Assembly: GCA_964016885.1 (NCBI GenBank)
Contig: OZ024763.1
Coordinates: 18,910,001-18,974,000 of the forward strand
DNA length: 64,000 bases
Reading direction: 5' to 3'
From: Eledone cirrhosa
Lineage: Eukaryota
This document shows, piece after piece, positions 1 through 12,500 of this stretch. The position numbers were made by a program, and so were the translations under genes. The first letter of the stretch is position 1. Each line of letters begins with the position of its first letter. Below the pieces are notes generated by a model. The model saw only the letters and a list, made by a program, of their open reading frames with translations. It made no database searches and was not told where the DNA came from.

Positions 1-339
1 TGTAAGTATATATGTATATTTATATATACATATGTGTGTCTGTGTCTATATATGTATGTTTGCATGCATGAATGAATACATTAAGCTTTAGATTTAGTAG
101 AATGTACAACCACTGATTCCAGCTATTTGCACTATCGTATATTTTGGTTGACCAAATACTTTGCTTAATTGTTTTATTTATTTGTTTTTTAAATTTATTC
201 TTTCTCTTAGGTTTCAGGTATTTTTTGAAAGCAAAGCATTGACCCCTAAAATACTACAGTGGGCCCTGCAATGCTACTGTGGGCTCTTGCAATGCTACCG
301 TGGGCCTCCTGGGGCTCACTTGCCATTGGGCAATCTGGC

Positions 340-640
340 CAGTCCGCCACTGGTTAGAATGTCTCAGGAAATAATCTCTGGACAGATTTTACGAGCAAAA
401 CCAACTGGCAGGAGACCCAGGGGTAGACCCTGACCCTGACCCTGAACAAGATGGTTGGATAACATCCGTGAGTTTGGCTGGTCTCACTTGGGGATCCATC
501 CAGATCAGTTGGAAATGGTTGCTTCAAGACAGGACCCACTGGAAGGAGTATTTGAGGACTCTGCCCCTCATGTCACTCTCAAGAATAAGTGGGCGAAGAA
601 GAACAACAACAAGAAAAAGAAGTACGAGAAGAAGAAGAAC
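340..640 (+). mobile_element. 3' end fragment of RTE-clade LINE (Expander/Rex3-like ORF C-terminus) with AAG/AAC-rich tail
   Basis: Translates LVRMSQE..QILRAKPTGRRPRGRP / RWLDNIREFGWSHLGIHPDQLE, typical RTE C-terminus; frameshifted by a ccctga repeat; simple-repeat tail 596-640. Confidence 0.7.
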
Positions 641-1073
641 GTAAAGATCCATAACTAAATGTCACGTGATATAAATAATATTATTTTACTTATTTATTTT
701 TTCAATTACTAAAAAAAAAAAATGGTTGTTTATTTGTTTTAAATAAAGAAAATTTAATTTAAAACACTCTTTTTTAAAATAAAGAATTTTTTTATTCGAT
801 TATGATCGAAGTGTGAGATTGACACCGTTGAGAAATATACAGATTTCTATTCGTGAAACAACGAGACTTGTTTCACAGTCAATGGACGGTCACGTTTTGG
901 ATTTTACTCTATCGTACACATTATTACTACGTTCAAGGGAATTTATTAAGTTGGTTTTTTTTTACCAAATTAAACAACAGACTTCATTGAACAGCGCCAG
1001 GTAGGTCTTTGTTTTATCAGAAAATATATTATTATCGTTGTTATTACTTTGATATCTGAGTCATTGTTGTTAT

Positions 1074-1437
1074 TTAACCCTTTCGTATTTAAACCAGCCG
1101 TATCTAGTCACAATTCTCTCACCTCTTTCTCTTCAAACTGGTCATAACCGGCTGCTCGTGTCGACGTTAAGGTATTGTTCTCAAAATAGATAATATTAAA
1201 ATCTCATAGATTTGATATTATGTGAGATAAAGCCTTTACCCCCAAAATACAATAGTATACTCTTTTACTCTTTTTCCCGTTCCAGCCATCCGGTTGAGGC
1301 CATGCTGGGGCACCGCCCTTGATATATATATATATATATAGAGTAATGTAAATGCTAAGGGGTTAAAGTATGAGGTAAATCTTTACCACAAAAAATACAA
1401 TAGTAAATATAGAGTAACGTAAATTCTAAAGGGTTAA
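1074..1437. mobile_element. piggyBac-type MITE with TTAA target sites and a duplicated right end
   Basis: TTAA-CCCTTTCGTATTTA (1074-1091) and TAAATTCTAAAGGG-TTAA (1420-1437), 12/14 inverted match; second right end TAAATGCTAAGGGG-TTAA at 1349-1366. Confidence 0.55.
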
Positions 1438-2469
1438 CCAGAAAATTTGCCCTAATAAACATCAAACCGCTACCAGCAGCCTCGGATATTCAGAACGTAT
1501 CGGAGGGTCCTTGTTGTTCCCAGTTTTAATACGCAAATTAAAATGTAATACTCAAGCGGGGTGGGTGGGGTGGGGAGTTGGAAAAAATCTGAAAAATTAA
1601 AAACTAAAAAGAGAGGGGCAGGGGTGAAAGATTATTCAAGACCCGAGAATTAAAAAAAATAAACAGATGGATGGTTTATATTTTTTGGTTGAGCTAACGA
1701 TACGAACTCACACCGACATGTTTGGTTTCGTGGTTTATATAATTTCGTATAGTAATATTTATTCCTTACGATCTATGGACCTCCGTCGGTATCGACAGTG
1801 AGTGTTTCACTTGTTCGAGCAACGGAACAGCCTGCTCAAGAAATCAACGTGTGACTGAGTATTCCACAGACGCGTGTACCTTTTAAATGTATTTCTCACA
1901 ACATACGGGCGTGCCATGGGCATTTAAACATGGCAGAGTCCATTCAATCCCCTCCCTCTCCAGATCTGAGCAGAGTTAATGTCTTCCGGAGAGAGAAGGG
2001 GGGATGTGTGTGTGAGACAGTGAGAGAGAGAATGGGAGAGAGAGTGAAGTTAGAGAGACAGAAAGAAAGAATGAGGGGGAGAGAGCGGGGAGAAAGAGTG
2101 AGGTGAGAGAGAGAGAGAAAGCGATAGAGAGAGTGAGTGAGAGAAAGGGTGAAAGAGTGATAAAAAGAGTGATAGGGGGAGGAAGAAAGAGAAAAAGAGT
2201 GAAAGAAAGGGGGAGAGAGAGAGAAAGAATGGACCCTGTATTAGATTGGTATTGTACCGACCGTGAAATGATAAAAGACAAAATTAATCTCAGCGAGATT
2301 TGAAGACAGAGCGCATGTCAGCTTTGTTTTTTCATTTTGATCTCTCAGGGGGTCGGCACATATAACCCCAGTCCAGTAGGGAAAGAGGGAAGGGGTGGGG
2401 TTGTTAAAATGTCGGACTGATTTGTGGAATCTGATCTGGCTCTGTGTAGTCTGACTTCATATCCTACCT

Positions 2470-2920
2470 CCTCCTGCCAGGAGTTGTCACTGACAGATAG
2501 TATCAGCAATGGAAAGACCAATGGAAGCATGGCTTCCTCGGTCTGATCTGATGATCAGCTCCTTTCTACTACAAGTTGTGACCTACAGATATCAGCAATA
2601 GAACGATCGATGGAAACATTGTTTCCCTGGTCTGACCTGATGATCAGCTCCTTTCTTCTGCCAGATGTTATGACCGACATAGTATCAGCAATGGAAAGGC
2701 CAATGAACACGTTGTTTCCCTGGTCTGACCTGATGATCAGCTCCTTTCTTCTGCCAGGTGTTATGACCGACATAGTATCAACAATAGAAAGGCCAATGAA
2801 CACGTTGTTTCCCTGGTCTGACCTGATGATCAGCTCCTTTCTTCTGCCAGGTGTTATGACAGACAGTTAGTATCAACAATGGAAAGAACAATAGAATCAT
2901 GGTTTTGTTGGTCTGACTTG
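2470..2920 (+). repeat. 93-bp minisatellite (~4.5 copies) derived from the body of the SINE at 38750-38965
   Basis: atgatcagct recurs at 2551, 2640, 2733, 2826; unit aligns to reverse complement of 38772-38855. Confidence 0.85.
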
Positions 2921-3154
2921 ACGTTTTTTCTTTTTTTTCTTTGAATCCTCAATTTTTAGATCTTCTGATTTAGAAGAGAACTGGGTCTTAAACCGGTTCG
3001 GGCACCTAGACGACACCATCAGACAGCTGACTCCTCAGGGCCAGTGGTGTGTTTTCACAGCTCAGCTAATGACACTGAGTAATCGATTACTGAGGGTCAG
3101 AGGTGTTACCATTGCTCAGCTGAAGGTAACACTAAATAATAGACTGTTCAGGGG

Positions 3155-3434
3155 AAGGGGCCTCGTTTGCCTTAAAAATGTGAGGGGGGGGGGGACAAAT
3201 CAACATTTGTTGATTCTTAAAGGAGCATAAATTACTTATGATGCCTTTCCTGGACCCTATCACATAAGTAAAATTTTACGCTAATTAAATTTTATATATT
3301 CAAATGAAGTTCAGATATAAAAAAATAAGCTTAAAAAGAATTTATTATATCAAATAAACAAAAAATAAAACATAGGCGTTTGAAAAAGTAGGGAGGGGGG
3401 ACTTGTCCCTTGTACCCCACTGAAACAAGGCCCT
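3155..3434. mobile_element. Possible short MITE interrupting a degenerate local repeat
   Basis: gggcctcgttt ... aaacaaggccc inverted ends, G-rich/C-rich subtermini; no clean TSD seen. Confidence 0.3.
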
Positions 3435-4173
3435 TGGCCAGGGGTGTGTTTTCACTGCTCAGCTGACGACTCCCCCCCCCCCCCCCCACTTTTCCTCCCT
3501 TACTTCCTCAGTTTCGAGAACTTCACATCCAGAAGTAGACTGGATCTCTTATATCGTTCCAGACATCCGAACTAGAATGACTAACAAGATTGCTGAGGGC
3601 CAGGGGGAGCATGTTTTTACTACACAGCTACAGCTACACAGTCTTACAGACTGCCTACTGTTAAGGGCTAGAAGTGTGGTGTGTGCGCATGCGTGAAAAT
3701 CTTCATTCGACTCGTCAGTATTGTTCACTACAGAGGAAGAAGAAGAAGGAGGAGGAGAAGAAGAAATCGGCTGTTGTCTGGCTGGCTAAAAATGGCGTCT
3801 GACTTGAAGAGTATGGAATTTGTCGAATTAAAAGGAAACGACATTTCAAAACAAACCAGTGATGTTTTCACAGCCGGTTCTAAGGAAGTATAAACACGGC
3901 TCTCAGAGGGGATAAGACAAAACAGCAATGAAATGTTGAGAGATTGTTTGTAAGATGTGACAGCTCGCCGTCCGACTTGCCGTGAGTGGTTGAAAGCAGA
4001 CGACAGAGAGATATCGGATGACATCACATGACATCAGTCCTCAACACAGACTTGTAAACAACGTAACCGTTATACATAAGTGTATATATATATATATATA
4101 TGAATAGGTCTATGTATATATACACACACATATATAAATCGAGATACACATCTATATAATATGTAAATATGTG

Positions 4174-4219
<46 letters not shown>

Positions 4220-4318
4220 TTATTCATACACACATATACTACTATACAGAATTATGTGTGTGTGTGTGTGTGATTGTATATATGTTTATATGTGTATATG
4301 TATATATACGTATAGATG

Positions 4319-4349
<31 letters not shown>

Positions 4350-4478
4350 TTACGTAAATATGTGTGTTTATGTAAATATATGTATGTGTGTGTGTCAATA
4401 TAATGCCTATATATGTGTGTATGTATATGCAAACACATACAAACACCTGTGTATGTGTACACGAAACACCTGTATGTT

Positions 4479-4522
<44 letters not shown>

Positions 4523-4995
4523 GAGAGAGATAGATAGATAGAGAGAGAGAGCTATGTATGTTGAGGTGAGAACGATCTCTATGGTGAGGAGAGAGAGAGA
4601 GAGAGAGAGATGTATGTTGAGAAGAGTGAGAACGATCTCTATGGTGAGGAGAGAGAGAAACAGTCGGTGTATGTCTCTGACAAGTATCGTTAAAACATCG
4701 TTATTCTTGTTGGTGTTTACCAGCGGATCAAAGGTAAAACATATCTAAGCCCTTGCAGTAAGCCTAACGTTTGAGGGACTTGTATGAATAGTACTGAACC
4801 GAGTCTAGAAGAGGGGTCTCAAATACGCAGGGTCTTAGAATACTGTTTTATGGCTCACAGCAGAACAAATGAAAATTTGAAACGGAAAACTTTCCCTCTC
4901 TATGTTTTTTACTGATATATATATATATATATAAATATGGTTTTGTAAAGACATTTTCCATTTATTAATATTGTTAATATATATATATATATATA

Positions 4996-5450
4996 TACGA
5001 TATTAAATAAATGGAAACTATATTTATAAAACCATATTTATTTCATTATATATATTTCAGGGATATCATATTAAAAATATGGTATGCCTTCATCAGACAA
5101 AATACAATATAAACAGTCTTATAAATAGATAGATTTGACATACCTTACAACTTCAACTTCCATTTAAAAAGTTGATTTGGTAAATCAACTTTTTAAATGG
5201 AAGTTGAAGTTGTAAGGTATGTCAAATCTATCTATTTATAAGACTGTTTATATTGTATTTTGTCTGATGAAGGCATACCATATTTTAATATGATATCCCT
5301 GAAATATATATAATGAAATAAATATGGTTTTATAAATATAGTTTCCATTTATTTAATATCGTAAATATACTCCAAATACTTGTTGAGTGCTTTTATATCA
5401 GTTATAAATATTTACTCGTTGTAACCCAACAATTTAAATAAAACTTTGCA
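4996..5450 (+). mobile_element. Fold-back PLE pseudo-LTR-like element, family A (182-bp-arm palindrome plus 3' extension) between (TA)n tracts
   Basis: 4996-5178 is the reverse complement of 5182-5363 (one indel), loop GGT; related pieces at 4934-4978, 5468-5630, 17542-17635. Confidence 0.8.
5251..5324 (+). ncRNA. Type I hammerhead ribozyme (family A), AUA cleavage triplet
   Basis: tattttgt-CTGATGA(5264-70)-AGG..hairpin..CCT-GAAA-TATAT-ATA-atgaaata; mirror copy on minus strand in the left arm. Confidence 0.75.
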
Positions 5451-5512
5451 TATATATATATATATATATTAACAATATTAATAAATGGAAAATATCTTTA
5501 CAAAACCATATT

Positions 5513-5574
5513 TATTTTATTATACGTATTTCAAGGGTACCACCATTTTAGTACGCATTCGTCAGATAAAATAT
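5513..5574 (-). ncRNA. Hammerhead ribozyme, diverged family A copy
   Basis: Minus strand: tattttat-CTGACGA-..GTAC..GTAC..-GAAA-TACGT-ATA-ataaaata; perfect 8-bp stem I, imperfect base of stem II. Confidence 0.65.
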
Positions 5575-5626
5575 ATTTGGTGTTAAGATAGTGACATACC
5601 TTCTTGTGATCTTAATAGTATAAGAC

Positions 5627-5661
<35 letters not shown>

Positions 5662-5677
5662 TGACCCTCCCCAAGTA

Positions 5678-5723
<46 letters not shown>

Positions 5724-5835
5724 TAAGAGGAATTCCAACTTTGTCTGATTTACTCGTTTTATTTACAATCCTTTAAAATTTATAATGGTATTATAATGAA
5801 ATAGTATGATAGAATATTAAATGTTAAGTGTTAAT

Positions 5836-5874
5836 TGAACAAGTACTTTCATGCTTTCGCAATCTTCAGGTTCA
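5836..5874 (-). ncRNA. Minimal type I hammerhead ribozyme (39 nt)
   Basis: Minus strand: TGAAC-CTGAAGA-T-TGC-GAAA-GCA-T-GAA-AGTACT-T-GTTCA; 5-bp stem I, GNRA-capped stem II, palindromic stem III, CUU triplet. Confidence 0.75.
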
Positions 5875-5926
5875 TAATGTGTGGTGACAGTCAAGTTTGC
5901 AATTTTCAACTGTCTATATATATATA

Positions 5927-5958
<32 letters not shown>

Positions 5959-6380
5959 AATATAATGGAAAAATTTGAACAGGGACAAAACAGAGAGGCA
6001 GTACAACGAATGTTTATTAATTTCACGCTCTGGAGAGTGGGGTGTTGGTGGGGGGCAACGTTTCGGGCATAAGCCCTTCCCCAGGTGAAAAGTGTGTGGG
6101 AACAGAGTCCAAAGGGTGTGTAGGGGAGTGGTGGAGAGACGTATAGCGAAAGGAAACGGTGCGAATGAATAAATAAAAAATAAAGATAAAAATAAAAATA
6201 AAGCATGATCAAAATACAAGGAATGAGATAAATTTAAATATAAAGGCATGATCAAAATAAACTGAAATTAAAAGGGGGGTAAACAGGTGATGGAAGGGTG
6301 TGGGGTGTGTAGGGGTGGTGGCGGGTGGAGTGGGAAGAGGGAGACGGGGTGTCCAAGCGGGGAGGGCTGAAGGTGGTGTG

Positions 6381-6438
<58 letters not shown>

Positions 6439-6529
6439 AAAGTAAGGGTTGGGGGAAGAACGGGGTTGCATGTTCAGGAAGAGGTGTGTGTGTGTGTGGG
6501 GGGGGGGGGGGGTCGGAGTGTCTGTGCGT

Positions 6530-9500
6530 GTGTGGTGGTGTTAATGGTGATGGTGGTGGTGTTGGTGGTGGTGATGGTGACGGTTGTGAGAGTGGTGGTG
6601 GTGGTGGTGACAGTTGTGAGGGTGGTGGTGACGGTTGTGAGAGTGGTGGTGGTGGTGGTGACGGTTGTGAGAGTGGTGGTGGTGGTGACGGTTGTGAGAG
6701 TGGTGGTGGTGGTAGTGACGGTTGTGAGAGTGGTGGTGGTGGTAGTGACGGTTGTGAGAGTGGTGGTGGTGGTGGCGGTTGTGAGAGTGGTGGTGGTGGT
6801 GACGGTTGTGAGAGTGGTGGTGGTGGTGGTGACGGTTGTGAGAGTGGTGGTGTTGGTGGTGGTGATGGTGACGGTTGTGAGAGTGGTGGTGGTGACAGTT
6901 GTGAGAGTGGTGGTGGTGGTGACAGTTGTGAGAGTGGTGGTGGTGGTGACGGTTGTGAGAGTGGTGGTGGTGACGGTTGTGAGAGTGGTGGTGGTGGTGA
7001 CAGTTGTGAGAGTGGTGGTGGTGGTGACGGTTGTGAGAGTGGTGGTGGTGACGGTTGTGAGAGTGGTGGTGGTGACGGTTGTAAGAGTGGTGGTGGTGGT
7101 GGTGACAGTTGTGAGAGTGGTGGTGGTGGTGGTGACGGTTGTGAGAGTGGTGGTGGTGGTGGTGGCGGTTGTGAGAGTGGTGGTGGTGGTGGTGACAGTT
7201 GTGAGAGTGGTGGTGGTGGTGACGGTTGTGAGAGTGGTGGTGGTGGTGACGGTTGTGAGAGTGGTGGTGGTGGTGGTGACGGTTGTGAGAGTGGTGGTGG
7301 TGGTGGTGACAGTTGTGAGAGTGATGGTGGTGGTGGTGGTGACGGTTGTGAGAGTGGTGGTGGTGGTGGTGGTGACGGTTGTGAGAGTGATGGTGGTGGT
7401 GGTGACGGTTGTGAGAGTGGTGGTGGTGGTGGTGACAGTTGTGAGAGTGGTGGTGGTGGTGGTGACAGTTGTGAGAGTGGTGGTGGTGACGGTTGTGAGA
7501 GTGATGGTGGTGGTGGTGACGGTTGTGAGAGTGGTGGTGGTGGTGGTGACAGTTGTGAGAGTGGTGGTGGTGGTGACGGTTGTGAGAGTGGTGGTGGTGG
7601 TGACGGTTGTGAGAGTGGTGGTGGTGGTGGTGGTGACGGTTGTGAGAGTGGTGGTGGTGGTGGTGACGGTTGTGAGAGTGGTGGTGGTGGCGGTTGTGAG
7701 AGTGGTGGTGGTGGTGACGGTTGTGAGAGTGGTGGTGGTGGAGGTGGTGACAGTTGTGAGAGTGGTGGTGGTGGTGGTGACGGTTGTGAGAGTGGTGGTG
7801 GTGGTGGTGACGGTTGTGAGAGTGGTGGTGGTGGTGGTGACAGTTGTGAGAGTGGTGGTGGTGGTGACGGTTGTGAGAGTGGTGGTGGTGGTGACGGTTG
7901 TGAGAGTGGTGGTGGTGGTGACGGTTGTGAGAGTGGTGGTGGTGGTGGTGGTGACGGTTGTGAGAGTGGTGGTGGTGACGGTTGTGAGAGTGGTGGTGGT
8001 GGAGGTGGTGACAGTTGTGAGAGTGGTGGTGGTGGTGGTGACGGTTGTGAGAGTGGTGGTGGTGGTGACGGTTGTGAGAGTGGTGGTGGTGGTGGTGGTG
8101 ACAGTTGTGAGAGTGATGGTGGTGGTGGTGACAGTTGTGAGAGTGGTGGTGGTGGTGACAGTTGTGAGAGTGGTGGTGGTGGTGGTGGTAACAGTTGTGA
8201 GAGTGGTGGTGGTGGTGACAGTTGTGAGAGTGGTGGTGGTGGTGGTGGTAACAGTTGTGAGAGTGGTGGTGGTGGTGGTGGTGACAGTTGTGAGAGTGGT
8301 GGTGGTGGTGGTGGTGACAGTTGTGAGAGTGGTGGTGGTGGTGACAGTTGTGAGAGTGGTGGTGGTGGTGGTGACAGTTGTGAGAGTGGTGGTGGTGGTG
8401 ACAGTTGTGAGAGTGGTGGTGGTGGGGGTGACAGTTTTGAGAGTGGTGGTGGTGACGGTTGTGAGAGTGGTGGTAGTGGTGGTGACGGTTGTGAGAGTGG
8501 TGGTGGTGGTGGTGACAGTTGTGAGAGTGGTGGTGGTGGTGACGGTTGTGAGAGTGGTGGTGGTGGTGACGGTTGTGAGAGTGGTGGTGACAGTTGTGAG
8601 TGGTGGTGGTGGTGGTGGTGACAGTTGTGAGAGTGGTGGTGGTGGTGACGGTTGTGAGAGTGGTGGTGACAGTTGTGAGTGGTGGTGGTGGTGGTGGTGA
8701 CAGTTGTGAGAGTGGTGGTGGTGGTGACGGTTGTGAGAGTGGTGGTGGTGACGGTTGTGAGAGTGGTGGTGGTGACAGTTGTGAGAGTGGTGGTGGTGGT
8801 GGTGGTGACGGTTGTGAGAGTGGTGGTGGTGGTGACAGTTGTGAGAGTGGTGGTGGTGGTGGCGGTTGTGAGAGTGGTGGTGGTGGTGACGGTTGTGAGA
8901 GTGGTGGTGGTGGTGGTGACGGTTGTGAGAGTGGTGGTGTTGGTGGTGGTGATGGTGACGGTTGTGAGAGTGGTGGTGGTGACAGTTGTGAGAGTGGTGG
9001 TGGTGGTGACAGTTGTGAGAGTGGTGGTGGTGGTGACGGTTGTGAGAGTGGTGGTTGTGAGAGTGGTGGTGGTGGTGACAGTTGTTAGAGTGGTGGTGGT
9101 GGTGACGGTTGTGAGAGTGGTGGTGGTGACGGTTGTGAGAGTGGTGGTGGTGACGGTTGTGAGAGTGGTGGTGGTGGTGGTGACAGTTGTGAGAGTGGTG
9201 GTGGTGGTGGTGACGGTTGTGAGAGTGGTGGTGGTGGTGGTGGCGGTTGTGAGAGTGGTGGTGGTGGTGGTGACAGTTGTGAGAGTGGTGGTGGTGGTGA
9301 CGGTTGTGAGAGTGGTGGTGGTGGTGACGGTTGTGAGAGTGGTGGTGGTGGTGGTGACGGTTGTGAGAGTGGTGGTGGTGGTGGTGACAGTTGTGAGAGT
9401 GATGGTGGTGGTGGTGGTGACGGTTGTGAGAGTGGTGGTGGTGGTGGTGGTGACGGTTGTGAGAGTGGTGGTGGTGACGGTTGTGAGAGTGGTGGTGGTG

Positions 9501-12500
9501 GTGGTGACGGTTGTGAGAGTGGTGGTGGTGACGGTTGTGAGAGTGGTGGTGGTGGTGGTGACAGTTGTGAGAGTGATGGTGGTGGTGGTGGTGACGGTTG
9601 TGAGAGTGGTGGTGGTGGTGGTGACGGTTGTGAGTGGTGGTGGTGGTGGTGACGGTTGTGAGAGTGGTGGTGGTGGTGACGGTTGTGAGAGTGGTGGTGG
9701 TGGTGGTGGTGACGGTTGTGAGAGTGATGGTGGTGGTGGTGACGGTTGTGAGAGTGGTGGTGGTGGTGGTGACAGTTGTGAGAGTGGTGGTGGTGGTGGT
9801 GACAGTTGTGAGAGTGGTGGTGGTGGTGACGGTTGTGAGAGTGATGGTGGTGGTGGTGACGGTTGTGAGAGTGGTGGTGGTGGTGGTGGTGACAGTTGTG
9901 AGAGTGGTGGTGGTGGTGACGGTTGTGAGAGTGGTGGTGGTGGTGACGGTTGTGAGAGTGGTGGTGGTGGTGGTGGTGACGGTTGTGAGAGTGGTGGTGG
10001 TGGTGGTGACGGTTGTGAGAGTGGTGGTGGTGGCGGTTGTGAGAGTGGTGGTGGTGGTGACGGTTGTGAGAGTGGTGGTGGTGGAGGTGGTGACAGTTGT
10101 GAGAGTGGTGGTGGTGGTGGTGACGGTTGTGAGAGTGGTGGTGGTGGTGGTGACGGTTGTGAGAGTGGTGGTGGTGGTGGTGACAGTTGTGAGAGTGGTG
10201 GTGGTGGTGACGGTTGTGAGAGTGGTGGTGGTGGTGACGGTTGTGAGAGTGGTGGTGGTGGTGGTGGTGACAGTTGTGAGAGTGATGGTGGTGGTGGTGA
10301 CAGTTGTGAGAGTGGTGGTGGTGGTGACAGTTGTGAGAGTGGTGGTGGTGGTGGTGGTAACAGTTGTGAGAGTGGTGGTGGTGGTGACAGTTGTGAGAGT
10401 GGTGGTGGTGGTGGTGGTAACAGTTGTGAGAGTGGTGGTGGTGGTGGTGGTGACAGTTGTGAGAGTGGTGGTGGTGGTGGTGGTGACAGTTGTGAGAGTG
10501 GTGGTGGTGGTGACAGTTGTGAGAGTGGTGGTGGTGGTGGTGACAGTTGTGAGAGTGGTGGTGGTGGTGGTGGTGACGGTTGTGAGAGTGGTGGTGGTGG
10601 TGGTGACAGTTGTGAGAGTGGTGGTGGTGGGGGTGACAGTTTTGAGAGTGGTGGTGGTGACGGTTGTGAGAGTGGTGGTAGTGGTGGTGACGGTTGTGAG
10701 AGTGGTGGTGGTGGTGGTGACAGTTGTGAGAGTGGTGGTGGTGGTGACGGTTGTGAGAGTGGTGGTGGTGGTGACGGTTGTGAGAGTGGTGGTGACAGTT
10801 GTGAGTGGTGGTGGTGGTGGTGGTGACAGTTGTGAGAGTGGTGGTGGTGGTGACGGTTGTGAGAGTGGTGGTGGTGACGGTTGTGAGAGTGGTGGTGGTG
10901 GTGGTGACAGTTGTGAGAGTGGTGGTGGTGGTGGTGGTGACGGTTGTGAGAGTGGTGGTGGTGGTGACAGTTGTGAGAGTGGTGGTGGTGGTGGTGACGG
11001 TTGTGAGAGTGGTGGTGACGGTTGTGAGAGTGGTGGTGGTGGTGACGGTTGTGAGAGTGGTGGTGGTGACGGTTGTGAGAGTGGTGGTGGTGGTGACGAT
11101 TGTGAGAGTGGAGGTGGTGGTGACGGTTGTGAGAGTGGTGGTGGTGGTGGTGGCGGTTGTGAGAGTGGTGGTGGTGACGGTTGTGAGAGTGGTGGTGGTG
11201 GTGGTGACAGTTGTGAGAGTGGTGGTGGTGGTGGTGACGGTTGTGAGAGTGGTGGTGGTGGTGGTGACAGTTGTGAGAGTGGTGGTGGTGGTGGTGGCGG
11301 TTGTGAGGGTGGTGGTGGTGGCGGTTGTGAGAGTGGTGGTGGTGGTGGTGACAGTTGTGAGAGTGGTGGTGGTGGTGGTGGCGGTTGTGAGAGTGGTTGT
11401 GGTGGTGATGGTGACAGTTGTGAGAGTGGTGGTGGTGGTGGTGACGGTTGTGAGAGTGGTGGTGGTGGTGGTGGCGGTTGTGAGAGTGGTGGTGGTGGTG
11501 GTGACGGTTGTGAGAGTGGTGGTGGTGGTGGTGACGGTTGTGAGAATGGTGGTGGTGGTGGTGACGGTTGTGAGAGTGGTGGTGGCGGTGACAGTTGTGA
11601 GAGTGGTGGTGGTGACGGTTGTGAGAGTGGTGGTGGTGGTGGTGACGGTTGTGAGAGTGGTGGTGGTGGTGGTGGCGGTTGTGAGAGTGGTGGTGGTGGT
11701 GACGGTTGTGAGAGTGGTGGTGGTGGTGGTGGTGGTGACAGTTGTGAGAGTGGTGGTGGTGGTGACGGTTGTGAGAGTGGTGGTGGTGGTGACGGTTGTG
11801 AGAGTGGTGGTGGTGGTGACAGTTGTGAGAGTGGTGGTGGTGGTGACAGTTGTGAGAGTGGTGGTGGTGACGGTTGTGAGAGTGGTGGTGGTGGTGGTGG
11901 CGGTTGTGAGAGTGGTGGTGGTGGTGGTGACGGTTGTGAGAGTGATGGTGGTGGTGGTGACAGTTGTGAGAGTAGTGGTGGTGGTGGTGGTGACAGTTGT
12001 GAGAGTGGTGGTGGTGGTGACAGTTGTGAGAGTGATGGTGGTGGTGGTGACGGTTGTGAGAGTGGTGGTGGTGGTGACGGTTGTGAGAGTGGTGGTGGTG
12101 GTGGTGGTGACAGTTGTGAGAGTGGTGGTGGTGGTGGTGACAGTTGTGAGAGTGGTGGTGGTGGTGGTGACAGTTGTGAGAGTGGTGGTGGTGGTGGTGA
12201 CAGTTGTGAGAGTGATGGTGGTGGTGGTGACAGTTGTGAGAGTGGTGGGGCTGGTGGTGACGGTTGTGAGAGTGGTGGTGGTGGTGGTGGTGACAGTTGT
12301 GAGTGGTGGTGGTGGTGGTGACGGTTGTGAGAGTGGTGGTGGTGGTGACAGTTGTGAGAGTGGTGGTGGTGACGGTTGTGAGAGTGGTGGTGGTGGTGGT
12401 GACGGTTGTGAGAGTGGTGGTGGTGGTGGCGGTTGTGAGAGTGGTGGTGGTGGTGACGGTTGTGAGAGTGGTGGTGGTGGTGACAGTTGTGAGAGTGGTG

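Noticed and set aside
3681-4027. Short ORFs including aaaATGGCG start (MASDLKSMEF...)
   Set aside because: Stops after ~33 codons, no recognisable domain or strong splice donor
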